Below, piece after piece: positions 1 to 11,874 of a DNA stretch of 64,000 nt. Source of the stretch: Mayamaea pseudoterrestris (Eukaryota). The stretch's first letter is position 1. Each line of letters starts with the position of its first letter. Where the stretch lies: positions 744,001-808,000 of the forward strand of contig BROI01000012.1 in NCBI GenBank assembly GCA_027923505.1, in the 5' to 3' direction. The notes under the pieces are model-generated. The model saw only the letters and a list, made by a program, of their open reading frames with translations. It was not told the DNA's origin and did no database searches. The position numbers and the translations under genes were made by a program.

Positions 1-389
1 TGATCATGTTAGCTATCCCAAACACATTGCTTTACTCTAGGAGTATGCTTTCAGAGAGCCATCAAATACCACTCATTTACTGCAATCTCTAGCCTCTCCT
101 TCTGTTCCACATAGACTAAAATTGTAGGCAACAACCCATGAAAGCATTCTGACTGTGTCTACAGTTTGACAGTCTCTGTGCGCGCGGAGCGGCAAAGTCT
201 TTGCAGGCTTAGTGAAACCGTTATTCCTCCTGCCCCGCGAATGTCATCACAGTGACGGTACGACAAGAGGTTGGTTTTTTGATTGCTTTTTTGTCGCGAC
301 CAACATTTACATTACGAGAACCAACCAACGACGAGACGACAAAGAGGACGCTTACTAAATATCTCTGCCTGCATACAAGTGCATGCTAT

Positions 390-3357
390 ATGGATAATAA
401 TCAGAATCGCAATGAAACTGGGCGCTTGCGTGCCTTATCAGTCAGCCATGAGCACACGCCCCTCTTGCTTCCGACGCACCATCATCATCATCATGACGAC
501 GATCCGGACAGCAAACGATCGCAGCTTCCGACGGGAAATATGAATACAAGGCAGGAGACGACGCAAAAGTCTGTTAATCTCCTATACGCAGCTGTTTATG
601 CCGTCGTCAATGTAATTATTTCGGCTCCTGGTAAGCCTTCTTTGCGCACTTATTGAAATGAGTGTGACGCTGTTCCCATTCTTTTGACGCATTTTACATT
701 TCCAACAGGACTCTACGGATACGCAGCAGTCATTTTTAACCATCCAATATTCCGCGATCACATGAATGCACTTTCCAAACTTGTCATTTTCAGCAGCATG
801 ATCCATCAGCTATCCTTCACGCTCTTTTCCACCATGCCGTTCGCCATTGGAACTGTACAGGATGCTGGTCTCATTTTTCTGAGTAGCATGGCAAACACAA
901 TTGCCGATGAAATGTTGAGCGACGGCGCGTCAGAGGCGGCCATTTTGTCGACAACCTTGGTGCTACTGCCGCTGGGAACGGCGCTTCTTGGCGTCATTTT
1001 GATTGCCTTGGGCAAATTCAAGCTTGCGAATGCAGTCAGCTATTTGCCCATGCCAGTGGTTGGAGGTTCGTATCAGTCGTGATGAATTAAAATATACTTG
1101 GGGGAGATGTATAGTTCTTTTGAGGGCAGATCTGTTTTAATAACATGCAATTCTCTCGACGCCCGTACTCACTCGTCACACGCTGTTACAGGGTATTTGG
1201 CATTCATTGGCTACTTTTGCGTACAAGCGGGCGTTGCCTTGTGTATATCTCATCCTTTGGTGGCATTTAGCGATTGGACACTGGTGTTTACTCGTCATAA
1301 CCTTTTGCTGGCCGTACCAGGATTACTTGCGGGGCTTGTATTGACAAATGCAGCGCGAAGAGCGACCAACGAAGCCATTCTGCCGCTATCCATGGTCGTT
1401 ATACCTGCTTTCTTCTACTTGGTAATCTACATGACGGGGGTTGGACTTGATGGCGCCAGACAAAATGGATGGGTTGGCGAAGTGTCGCCGCCGGTGCCCG
1501 TCACGGACTTGTTTCAGCTAGTTGACTTTACGTTGGTACGATGGGATTTGGTGCAGTCGATTGGCTGGACGTGGGTGGGCATGGTGTTTGTCGTCTCATT
1601 TGCGTCGTGTCTTGATGTTGCTGCCATTAGCATGGACAAGGGAGAGGCACTTGATACAAACCGCGAGCTCGCAACTGTTGGAATTGGAAATTGTAAGTGC
1701 TTTCATGCAGTTGAGTACGTCCTGACAGAGACGACAAGCTCACTCGTGGTGTTATCCTTTCGTCTTCGCGATAGTGATGTCTGGTTTAACGTTTGGCTTC
1801 ACAGGGAGCTATATTTTCTCACAGACAATTTTCACATACCGAACGGGCGTTCATACAAGAATTATAGGTTGCATGATTATGGTCATGTTTCTGTACATTG
1901 TTATCTCGCCAATCAACATACTTGAGATTGCACCGCTGTTTTTTCTGGGAAGTACGCTGATATTCATTGGATACGACCTTTTATACGAGTGGTTCATCCA
2001 GATTCGTGATCGAGTTTTGCTATCGGAATATGCTACTATATGGGGAACATTTGTGGCGATTCAGGTAGTCGGCGTGGACTTTGGCATTGTAGTTGGCGTG
2101 TTGGTCGCGATTGTCGATAATGTCGTGACAACGGCGCAAGCTACGACGGTGAAGCAGACGCACAAGCGTTCACGAGCCGTCTGGACACCGGCTGAATATA
2201 AAATACTGCAAGATCATGGCTATAACTCGAAGTCACCACTAATTTTGAGCTTGGAGATTTCGGGTCCGATATTTTTCGGCTCATCGCTGGCTTTGTTTGA
2301 TACAATGATTAATTACTTGGGCATTGACGCCGCTGCAGCATCACCATCGGGACCTGCACCTGGGACGCCCGCCGACTTTCGAAGCCCACACACATCATCC
2401 GCGTTGCTGATGGTACCCCGCACCCCCACTCGCGCACTCGGGAAGGCACCCGTATCAATTTTGCCACGCTTTTGCGTGCTTGACTTTTCCCAGGTATCAT
2501 CGATGGATGCATCGGCAGCGCGAACATGTTTTCTACAATTTGCATTGTTATGCAGCAAGAAGGGGATCGTTGTCTGTGCTTCGTGTCTAACGCCACGTAT
2601 GCAGTGGATGTTACGGTCCCATGACGTTGCTTTTGACGAAGACGAAGAGGAAACAATGAAAGCCAAAATACATGCACCGCCTGGACCGAGACAATCGAGA
2701 CCAAATTTTGCTTGCGATCGGCTGTTGCTTTTTCCCACAGTGCATGAGGCTCTCGAGTTTTGCGAGGACGGCTTGTTGCACCAAATGATAGTGAAGCGGG
2801 AGTCAACGACTTTGCTTTGTGATGGACCCGAAATTCTCAAGCTTAGTGAGGCCATCGCTAGGTTTCTTGATGCACCAAGCGACGAGAAGCACACGCTTTC
2901 ACACATTGACGGGTTGCGTTATCATGAGGAATTGGAGTTTAAAGCTGGCGAAAAAATATTTGCGAAGGGGTCTCATCCATTTGCTTGGTTTGTTGTGCTC
3001 CAAGGTACTGTGGCGTCGGATGTTGGCAACGCCAGAGCAATCTACAAACATCGGCAGCGGACGGTATCGGGAGCGGGACTCGTGCGAGTTGAACAGAAAA
3101 GTATAGGGAAAGGAGGACCAGCTGTGGTTGCCACCACTTGGCGCCCTTGTAACATTTTTGGTTACACGGACATGTTCATTGATCGACCTCGAACATATTC
3201 TGCAGTGGCAACACAGGATGGGACAAAGGTGGCGCGCATAACGAAATCGCACATGAATGAGATGGCGCTGGACTCGGAACTGAGCGCGCTTGTTTACAGA
3301 GCACTACTCCGTGCATCTATTTTAGACTTACAAAACTGCACATGTGACGACGTATAA
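390..3357 (+). CDS. SulP/SLC26-family anion transporter with STAS and C-terminal cyclic-nucleotide-binding-like domain (4 exons)
   Basis: Exons about 390-630, 709-1065, 1192-1692 and 1775-3357, joined by GT-AG introns that keep frame. Shows YLPMPVVGGYLAFIG, LDTNRELATVGIGN, many TM helices, STAS motifs GPIFFGS and VLDFSQVSSMDASAA, and cNMP-like FKAGEKIF...FG...PRTYSAVA. Confidence 0.88.
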
Positions 3358-3390
3358 TTTTAAACAATAGTACATTTCTGTAACTACCAT

Positions 3391-5001
3391 TTACCAAGCT
3401 AGAGCACCAAACGACTGGTCCAAGGCTGGAGGTGCAAGTATTGATTGTTCGCGCTTGACTCGATTTCGCCGCTCAAAGTATATTGAAACGTTCATCCAAC
3501 CCGTTACAATGACAGAAATTAGATACGGAAATATTAAGCATGTTCCAAGACTGCTGACCTTGGCCACGGACCGGAAGATTATAAACGTTGCGAGATTGTA
3601 GCCGACGACGAGGGCAATACCCAGCGCCACACGTTTCTCGACCATTGTCATCCGAAACCACTCATCACCAAAGGCCTGTTGCAGCAACAGATACCGCATC
3701 AGCACATGACGCAAGCGCGCTTCACCCGTCATGGCACTAGCCACTGCCAGCAATTGCAAAAAGTAGAGGGGCTGCCAGGTTGCTGGAAAGAGTAACCGAT
3801 TAGGGTGAAAGGGCTTGAGCGACTTTTTCCTCTGACTACTGGCAATGTCTCGAAGCCAGCGATCTGGATCACGCGCCCAGTTCAAGAGTTTCCATGGCTT
3901 GGTAAAAATGTGTCTTGCAATGGGCCGCTGCAGCGCTGTTTGTACGCGAAATGGACCACCCCATACGGCCATGGCAGTTGCTCCAGCATGTCCAAGCCCC
4001 ATGGTAGTCAACATCCACCAAATGCAGCAAAGCCAGGCACAGTGCACACTGCCAGCTGCGTCTGCCGCTTTCACGTGGCAGTGACTCTGATCCAGTCCAA
4101 CGACCATGTATTCCATGAATCGGCCCAACAAAAATAGCGATAGTATTTGCGCACACAGACGACCCAACGACCTTAACACGGCCGGTACTTGGTAGGTATT
4201 ATGATAGTCATGCTGCACTTGATGGTAGGTTGTTCTTAAATATCGGCCGCGGTACCAATCCATGCACATTTCCTCCAAGTAGTTGAATCCGCGACGCGCA
4301 ATGACAAGTGGCGCCATGAAGCGAAGGCTGCAGCCAAACGCGTGGGCGAGTGAAAGTAACACGTAGGCCGATGTTTGCGCCAAGCGAATGGCGGATGCTG
4401 GATCAATGGAGAGTTGCATCGAAACATTTTGCGACGAAAAATCGCGACGTCGGCGGCGGCGAGGCAGGTTTGTAAGTGTACGAGTTTGAGCCGAGACTCC
4501 GTCACTAGCTAATTGTGGATTGTCGCGCTGGTATAGTCGTCGTTGCATGTCATGTCGCCATTTCAGTAAGTGATACTTTTGCATTGCTGTTCGATCCAAT
4601 ATCTTATCTGTCTGTACCAAGGTTTCATGCTTAACTCTATCAATGATATTTGCGTTTCTTGGTAGTCTTCTTCGCCTTCGTTTCGGGGCCGTAATGTGTC
4701 GTTGTGATGAATGCTGAAGCCGTTGCTGCGGAGTAATGGACCTTGCTTTCGGCAAAGTAGCATTCATCGGAAGCTTGACTCCAGAGACTTGGACATTTAA
4801 GTCACCTCTTCGCTCTGCAATGTCAATCCAAGGAAGTTTAAACGGCGTTCGAGCTGGTTCCAAAGTTGATTGCGATGTATCAAATACACTTTTGCCTTCA
4901 CGGAGAAGATTGTCTGGAATCAAAACGGGCTCATCATAAGATGCCGCTATCGAAACGGAAGGAAGCAAGGCAAAAATCAGCCATAAATGTAATCTGATCA
5001 T
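3391..5001 (-). CDS. Hypothetical membrane protein with N-terminal signal peptide
   Basis: 536-aa ATG ORF with a hydrophobic N-terminus (MIRLHLWLIFALLPSVSIA), an Arg-rich linker and several hydrophobic segments; no family recognised. Confidence 0.7.
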   Translation of the reverse strand: MIRLHLWLIFALLPSVSIAASYDEPVLIPDNLLREGKSVFDTSQSTLEPARTPFKLPWIDIAERRGDLNVQVSGVKLPMNATLPKARSITPQQRLQHSSQRHITAPKRRRRRLPRNANIIDRVKHETLVQTDKILDRTAMQKYHLLKWRHDMQRRLYQRDNPQLASDGVSAQTRTLTNLPRRRRRRDFSSQNVSMQLSIDPASAIRLAQTSAYVLLSLAHAFGCSLRFMAPLVIARRGFNYLEEMCMDWYRGRYLRTTYHQVQHDYHNTYQVPAVLRSLGRLCAQILSLFLLGRFMEYMVVGLDQSHCHVKAADAAGSVHCAWLCCIWWMLTTMGLGHAGATAMAVWGGPFRVQTALQRPIARHIFTKPWKLLNWARDPDRWLRDIASSQRKKSLKPFHPNRLLFPATWQPLYFLQLLAVASAMTGEARLRHVLMRYLLLQQAFGDEWFRMTMVEKRVALGIALVVGYNLATFIIFRSVAKVSSLGTCLIFPYLISVIVTGWMNVSIYFERRNRVKREQSILAPPALDQSFGALAW

Positions 5002-5246
5002 CTTTGCGACTTTTAAACTAGTAGAATTGATAGCAGAGGTATAGCCTAGAGAAGGATTGACGCCATGGTCAAGGTTGAAATGTGACGGTTAAGGTTTTGT
5101 CGTTGACGATTTAGTCGTAGTGGTACACATTGTGTGTCGCAACGTAATCGCTTTTGCGCAACGCGACCATAAAAAATCTGACCGATGATCCATGATCACC
5201 ATGGTGATTGGAGCGCCATTTATTAAAAATCGTCATTTTTATTATC

Positions 5247-7139
5247 ATGCTCCGTCCCTCTACTGCCTGCAGAAGTCTTGCAAAGGCTAGTCGTCGACTA
5301 CTTGCATCAAATAGTCGCACGGTTCCGGCCGATGGCCTGACGCTACACCACTTTGTTTCGCAACGCAGCAATCCACCGCTTGAGCAGCAAAATGCAGCAA
5401 TCGAAACGTCAATCACCAGTACCGACAGTAACCCTCATCGCTTTCACATTAAAACTTTTGGCTGTCAAATGAACGTTAATGACTCTGACATTGTCCGAAG
5501 CCTTTTGCGCGGCGTCGGAATGGTGGAAGTCGACTCTGAACGTGACGCCAATCTACTGCTGACAAACACATGCGCCATTCGAGAGGGCGCCGAACAAAAG
5601 GTGTGGCATCGACTACGAGAATTACAGGCTGTGCAACGAAAGCGAGGCAAAAAACAGCAAGAGAAGGTTGTAGTGGGCGTCCTTGGATGCATGGCGGAGC
5701 GACTCAAAACAGACATGCTGCGCGAGGGAACGGTGGACTTGGTCGTTGGACCAGACGCCTACCGCGACTTGCCAAGTCTCGCCATGGGTCTGCTGGAAAG
5801 TAAGAACGATATTACCTCTGACATGGAGCAATACGCTGTCAATGTGCAGCTGAGTCTTGACGAAACGTACGCCGATATTACTCCTATACGAAGTAACCCG
5901 AGTGGCGTTGCCGCTTATTGCTCGATCCAGCGAGGATGCGCGAACCGATGCAGCTTCTGTATAGTTCCATTCACGCGAGGACAGGAACGGAGTCGACCAC
6001 TTGAAAGTATTATTGACGAAATTAAACGTCTGCATCTGGAAGACGGAGTCAAGGAGGTCACGTTGCTTGGCCAAAATGTAAATTCCTATCACGACAAGAG
6101 TTTAGCCGCCATGGAAGCAAGACCAGAGACGAGCTACACGTTATCCAACGCTGGATTTCATAGCCGTCTTCGAAGAAACGATGCCGGCTACTTTTTTGCA
6201 GACTTGCTCGAACATGTGAGCGAAATATCGCCCGAGCTTCGCGTTCGCTTCACCAGTCCACACCCAAAGGACTATCCGCCCGAGCTACTGGATCTCATGG
6301 CAGACCGTCCCAACATTTGCAACCATCTTCACATGCCAGCTCAATCTGGATCGACAACTATGTTAAAGCGAATGAAGCGCGGTTATACGCGAGAAGCGTA
6401 TCTGCAGCTTTTGGACAATGTGCATTCGAAAATTCCGGACGTGGCAATATCATCAGACTTTATTGCAGGCTTTTGCGATGAGACGGAGGAAGAACACTCC
6501 GACACTTTGTCGCTTATGGAGCAGGTGCGCTACGACCAGGCATTCATGTTTGCCTACAGTATGAGAGGCAACACGCACGCCCATCGGACCATGCAAGACA
6601 ATGTACCCGAGGAAGTCAAGCAGCGGCGGCTGCGGGAAATCATTGACATTTTCCAAACAAAAGTGCACGAAAAGAATATGGAACAAGAAGTAGGTCGCTT
6701 ACGATTGGTTCTGCTGGAGGGTGAAGCCAAGCGCAGTACACTGAGCAATCCGAGCTTGTCAGGACGGACGGATCAAAATAAGCGCATTGTGTTTCCTGTC
6801 AATGACGACGCAACAACCTTGTCACACTCGACGATACTTCCCATGATAAGGTCGATTGAAAGGCACGGATGGCCGTCGGCAGCGTCACTTGTGCGCGAGG
6901 ACGCTTCGCGTGTCACTGTGCAGAAAGGTGATTATGTCGTCGTGGAAGTGACGGAAGCACGAGGCCATTCATTGCGAGGACGGTTGCTCTGGAAAAGCAG
7001 CATCGAGGAATTTTCACGTAGTAGCTTGTTGGGAATGGACAAGGACAGCAAAGAGCAAGGAGCTATTATTAAAAGTGTGCTCCAGACGGTGGCAGCTGGA
7101 CAATTTGAAAATACAGAAGAGCATAACCAAACCGCCTAA
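5247..7139 (+). CDS. CDK5RAP1: Radical-SAM tRNA methylthiotransferase, CDK5RAP1/MiaB type (probably organellar)
   Basis: UPF0004 motifs TFGCQMNVND, NTCAIRE and GVLGCMAERL; CxxxCxxC (GCANRCSFC); TLLGQNVNSY; RVRFTSPHPKD; C-terminal TRAM-like region. First ATG at 5247. Confidence 0.93.
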   Translation: MLRPSTACRSLAKASRRLLASNSRTVPADGLTLHHFVSQRSNPPLEQQNAAIETSITSTDSNPHRFHIKTFGCQMNVNDSDIVRSLLRGVGMVEVDSERDANLLLTNTCAIREGAEQKVWHRLRELQAVQRKRGKKQQEKVVVGVLGCMAERLKTDMLREGTVDLVVGPDAYRDLPSLAMGLLESKNDITSDMEQYAVNVQLSLDETYADITPIRSNPSGVAAYCSIQRGCANRCSFCIVPFTRGQERSRPLESIIDEIKRLHLEDGVKEVTLLGQNVNSYHDKSLAAMEARPETSYTLSNAGFHSRLRRNDAGYFFADLLEHVSEISPELRVRFTSPHPKDYPPELLDLMADRPNICNHLHMPAQSGSTTMLKRMKRGYTREAYLQLLDNVHSKIPDVAISSDFIAGFCDETEEEHSDTLSLMEQVRYDQAFMFAYSMRGNTHAHRTMQDNVPEEVKQRRLREIIDIFQTKVHEKNMEQEVGRLRLVLLEGEAKRSTLSNPSLSGRTDQNKRIVFPVNDDATTLSHSTILPMIRSIERHGWPSAASLVREDASRVTVQKGDYVVVEVTEARGHSLRGRLLWKSSIEEFSRSSLLGMDKDSKEQGAIIKSVLQTVAAGQFENTEEHNQTA

Positions 7140-7164
7140 ACGTTTCTACTCATGTATTTCTATG

Positions 7165-8770
7165 TTATACAAAGTTTGCCTCATCCTCCTCTTCATCATC
7201 GTCATTACGATTGTCGACGAGAAATTTATCAGTCTGTTTCCTTCGCTCGTGTCCTGGAACCGGCGCTGGCAATGTGTCTGGCTCGCGATTCGACGGCAAC
7301 AGTGCCCAAAAAATGTTTCTATCATGCCCATACACTTGCTGCCAATTCTTGTACCAACTTCCCTGCGAATATGGATTCCTCCACTTTTGGCCGGCTGCCT
7401 TGGCGCGCTTGCTCGCAGTCCAGTTGCCATGAAACTCAATCGTCGTTTGTGCAGTGCACGTCAAGTAAATGTGAAAGCTGCCCAGCAGCATGACCGCCAA
7501 CCCAACGGCAGCGCATAGCATGAATGATAAGCTAATGAGCATGCGCTCGTCCCGAAAGGGTATCATGGGTTTCAGTCGATGGCCGTCAACTAAAAGTCCA
7601 TTCTTTTGCTGCTTCCACTGCTGACTGTATTCCTGGGTGCCGAGCCACAAGAACGGTTGCACCGTCAATATCGCGCCGTAAAACATGCCAAGGAATATGT
7701 AAATGAGAAAGTTGACAAAGTAGCGATAATTCAGGTAGCCGACTGTCAATAGTAAGAGAATCGTAAAGGCGTGAGTGTAACAATACTAACAACAAGTCGG
7801 ATATAAATCGCACACATTGCGACTCACTGGAATTGAACATCCATGGACAGTAATGATCCATATTCAATACGAGACACTTTGTGACATGATCGAAGTGACT
7901 CCTTGGCGGCTTGGGTTGATTGGAATGGATGCAAAAGGACCACTCAAAAGGTGCAAGTAACATCCACTGTCTCAAGGGCGGCAGAGGTGACTGTACACTT
8001 AAAACTGCTGCTGTAATTGCAGCACTTCTCCTCTGCGTCATGCCATTGCTAGGACTAGCAGTTTCCGCGGCCGTCTCTATGTCATCTACTGGAGTCGTTG
8101 ATTGCTGTTGTTTTGCTGCTAGAGCCTGCTGAGACACAAGAGCTTCCTGCGCTCGCTCCCTCCTCCGTCTCACGCGCAGGGCCATGCGATCCTGAAACTC
8201 GAGTCGATACGACTGCACCTGGGCTGGTGTTTCCGGGTAGACAAAGTTGGTGGCCGCCGCTTGCTCCCTGACAACCCTGTCATAGGCACTGCCCTTGTGC
8301 TTGGTTGTGACGCAGTAAAAGTAGTTGAATAAAATGTTGAGCACGACAAAGGCGACGAATATGCAATGCAGTCCAAGATGAATTTGATGATGCAATGGCA
8401 ATGTTAATGTATCACCACTATATTTTAGTGTTTCCGTATTCATCATTGCCGTTCGTATACTATACTTGTCAACCATCATTGGAAGTAGAATCGTTGCAAA
8501 AGTATAGGTCAATACCCAAATGATTCCGAGTGCCAAAATAATAAGCAATGGACCAATCGCATAAATCAATATCTCAATGAGCCATCCAATTGCGTCTAAG
8601 ACTGCATCCCATAGTCGAGTCCGAGAGCATCGGAATTTTCTATTCAGCAATGGAACGTGAAATAGTCGGCGTCGTTGCTGAGGATTCGGTGTTTGACTCT
8701 GGGTTTGCTGCGTCTGTTGCGTCAAATTTGCCGTCACCGCGACTGGCAAGGTGTGTCGCAAGTGACTCAT
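7165..8770 (-). CDS. DHHC-family palmitoyltransferase (DHYC variant), 2 exons
   Basis: Exons 8770-7828 and 7742-7165 (GTGAGT..ACAG intron) give KPPRSHFDHVTKCLVLNMDHYCPWMFNSIGYLNYRYF; TTIEF motif, NPY..G..KNW C-terminal motif and 4 TM segments. Confidence 0.9.
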
Positions 8771-8916
8771 TCTTAATTGCCAAGTCTATTTTCTGGAACT
8801 CTCAATGTTACTTCTTATCATGGGCTACCGAGTTACCTCAACCGTGCAAGAACCCTGTCCCATGGTGGATCCATGTAGGCGGCGAGCACGAAATTTCAAA
8901 ACCGGTAAAACTTTGC

Positions 8917-9320
8917 TGACGTAGTTTTCACTGGCACTCGTTTCGTATTATTGCCTTATGACGCAGTTTTCACTGGCATTCGTTTGGTGTTAAAGCCTTA
9001 TGACAGAGTTTTCACTGGCACTCGTTTCGTATTATTGCCTTGTGACGCAGTTTTCACTGGCACTCGTTTCATACTTAACCCCTAAAGCATTACACGTCGT
9101 GTCGAACCGGAACGAACATTGCTGACGTAGTTCTCACTGGCACTCGTTTCGCATTATTGCCTCGTGACGCAGTTTTCACTGGCACTCGTTTCGCACTATA
9201 GCCTTATGACGCAGTTTTCACTGGCACTCGTTTCGTATTATTGCCTTATGACGCAGTTTTCACTGGCACTCGTTTCATACTTAGCCCCTGACGCATGACA
9301 CGTCGTGCCGAACCGAAACG
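8917..9320. repeat. 42-bp minisatellite arranged as a ~206-bp higher-order duplication (2 x [4 units + tail])
   Basis: Units TGACGCAGTTTTCACTGGCACTCGTTTCGTATTATTGCCTTA start at 8917, 8959, 9001, 9043, 9123, 9165, 9207 and 9249; units 4 and 8 run into a shared tail (..ACACGTCGTG(T/C)CGAACCG(G/A)AACG). Confidence 0.95.
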
Positions 9321-9429
9321 TGAAGTGCGCCATGGCGGAAACACAACGAAAGTAGCAAGGCTTCCAGGGTGATTCAAAGTCAAGCAACTGTCCATAATTT
9401 GCTGTAGAATATAAAGAAAACCAAGCAGG

Positions 9430-10719
9430 ATGGACAGTAGCGAATCATCATGGCAGGCGTTAAAACGAGTCGGCAATGATCATTTTCAGCGCGGAAACTT
9501 CAATGAAGCTCTCCAAGCCTATCGTCGGTCTTTGCTTGACACTCGTCTTGTTGACAAGATTGATCGAAGCTTGATTCTCAGCAACATGGTAGCTTGTCGA
9601 TTGCAACTGGGAGGACCAGTGCATGCCAAGGCGGCTGTTCAGGATGCGAGAGAATGCATCAAACTCAATCCAAATTGGAGCAAAGGTTATTTACGACTGG
9701 GATCGGCATTGAGCGCTTCTGGCGATTCCAACGAAGCTTGTAATGCGCTTCAAACATGCTTGAGAATGGACCCCAAATGTCAAGCGGCACGGCAGATGCT
9801 CATGCGAGAATTACGACGCGATCATGGCAGTGCTCCGACGACCGGCAATGCAAGTGGGAGCGACATTGATACGGACGCAAAGGAAAGCAGCTCGTCACAA
9901 ACTCGGCCTCCTCCACTTAATCCAAACTATCAAGCTCCGCAACAGGAGCAAGAGCAGCCATCGTATCCTAACAATTCACAGCCGCAGCGGCAAGCAGCTA
10001 TTCATGACATTGACATTGATGAACAGCTTCCGTTAATCGAGAGAGTTGGATTAGCCGCCAGTCGCCTGTTGAACAAGCTTTCAGAAGCCTACCATTCGCA
10101 GCCGGAAACGTCTCGATCGTTAGTCAAGGTGGCTGTCGTGCTGACTGTCTTGTACGTGGCGTTTGGAGGTCGGTTCGGTTTGGAATACTTGTCTGGAAAT
10201 ACGACAGAACGCATGGGAAGATACGAGACTGCAAATGCATACTCGAGCACTCATCGCAACCAGGCGCAGACGGGCTATAGTAGCGCGAAGAACTACGACT
10301 CGCATCATCGATCGTCATCGTCATACTCGCGACCGCATAGCTCCACGAACGATGACTACAGCACATACTCAACTACAACGAACAGCAAGCGAGGCGGCAG
10401 CAATTGGTGGAACTGGGGCAGGAGTACCAACAGAAACAGTAATAAAGGTTGGCGGGAAAGCAACAGTAGTACTTATAACAATGGTGGCAGTTTGACCAGT
10501 GGATTTTCCTTGTCGTGGCTTATGGGCGCTGGCATGGTTTACTTCCTGTATCGTCAGCATGGGCTCTACGCGGCGGCCATGTTTGTCGTGAACCAGTATC
10601 GTTTGCGTAATATGCGGCAGCATCATGGCGGAATCGGATGGGGTGGTGGCGGCGGCGGCATGTATGGAGCCGGTGGTGGAATATTTGGACGACCACAACG
10701 AGGGCGTGGCTGGTGGTAG
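9430..10719 (+). CDS. TPR-repeat protein with two hydrophobic segments and Gly-rich C-terminus
   Basis: Sti1/Hop-like TPR triplet (LKRVGNDHFQRGNFNEALQAY; CIKLNPNWSKGYLRLGSAL); putative TM segments VAVVLTVLYVAFGG and WLMGAGMVYFLY. Confidence 0.85.
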   Translation: MDSSESSWQALKRVGNDHFQRGNFNEALQAYRRSLLDTRLVDKIDRSLILSNMVACRLQLGGPVHAKAAVQDARECIKLNPNWSKGYLRLGSALSASGDSNEACNALQTCLRMDPKCQAARQMLMRELRRDHGSAPTTGNASGSDIDTDAKESSSSQTRPPPLNPNYQAPQQEQEQPSYPNNSQPQRQAAIHDIDIDEQLPLIERVGLAASRLLNKLSEAYHSQPETSRSLVKVAVVLTVLYVAFGGRFGLEYLSGNTTERMGRYETANAYSSTHRNQAQTGYSSAKNYDSHHRSSSSYSRPHSSTNDDYSTYSTTTNSKRGGSNWWNWGRSTNRNSNKGWRESNSSTYNNGGSLTSGFSLSWLMGAGMVYFLYRQHGLYAAAMFVVNQYRLRNMRQHHGGIGWGGGGGGMYGAGGGIFGRPQRGRGWW

Positions 10720-10926
10720 CGGAATGTTTAAAATCGGAAAGGCCGCAGTATAGTACAACATTCCACTGTTTGCATGTATTACATACTAATAAATCTTTTT
10801 CATGGCTGCCATTTCGCGCCTTGGCAAAGTATATAAACAATCGTGGAATCAATCGAAAGCTCGACAGACGCTGCACGGGCCAGAAAGTACAATACTGTAC
10901 CGTAAATACTGTAGATAATATACATC

Positions 10927-11874
10927 TCAATTAAGAAGCATGCCCATTTTGTTTACGTCTTGCCGCTCATCCATTGCTTCCGTCCATTTAACTGTCTCGC
11001 AAATGCGCATTCGCTCACCTGTCCGACACAAATCGCGCGTCTTGACCTTCACCAATTGCAGCACTTCTTTTTGAAATTCTTTGCGCAAGCCAATGAACCA
11101 AAGTCCCTCGTAAAAGGCAAAGAGTGGAGCTGTCGTCAAGGCATCGCCCAAGGACGTTGCCAGCGCGGGCTTGGCGCCTTCCATGACGAAATGGCCAGGA
11201 TGAATTTGCGCGTACCAAGCCAACAAGTGCAAACCAAAGGCGTAGTTGAGCATGCGACCCGTTCCAGTCCATGGTATATAAACAGGACTCGATGGTGCAA
11301 CTGCTTCTGCTTCTGTTGCTGTCGCAGAATCTGCAGTGTCGTGTGTCTCCTTGCCATCAGCAGCAGCATCGTCGTTTCGCTTCTTGTTTCGGTACGCCAT
11401 CTCTTCAGCGCCGAGTCGAAAGTCGTCCTGGTCAAAGTCAACTAGCATTTGGGCAGCCCAGTGCATAAGATACAGAACCGGTGCATACAAGGAGGCCCCG
11501 ATTGGATCAATCGATAGGTAGAATATAAAGTAAAACAAGCTTGTCAATGTCGCCCATGTCACGCTTCGAACGATTCGTAAATGGGATTGAAACAGCAACA
11601 CTGTGAATATAATGCATGGAACCTACAATTCATAACAAATTATAAGTCTTCGGTTAATGAATGCAATGAACGGAATTTATGATGAACGTACTCCAAGAAA
11701 ATGAATGAACTGATTGCCTGGCGATTGATGATAGACCCCGTAGAATGCCATGGCGTCACGCGGGTCTTTGAAGGATCGTGAGCACGAAATCATTAGCCCA
11801 AGCAGCACAGCACTCAATGCATGGGATACAATTAACCCTCGCGTCATGTCTGTTCTCGCAACGCGCTTGTTCAT
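10927..11874 (-). CDS. Mpo1/DUF962-like membrane protein (2-hydroxy fatty acid dioxygenase family), 2 exons
   Basis: Exons 11874-11692 and 11622-10927 splice to give FYGVYHQSPGNQFIHFLGVPCI; C-terminal QIHPGHFVMEGAKPAL...APLFAFYE matches the family His motifs. Start codon uncertain. Confidence 0.8.

Noticed and set aside
8917..9320. CRISPR-like or guide-RNA array interpretation of the 42-bp repeats (also 27627-28001)
   Set aside because: The variable parts are point variants of one sequence rather than unique spacers, the context is eukaryotic, and no cas or nuclease gene is nearby.
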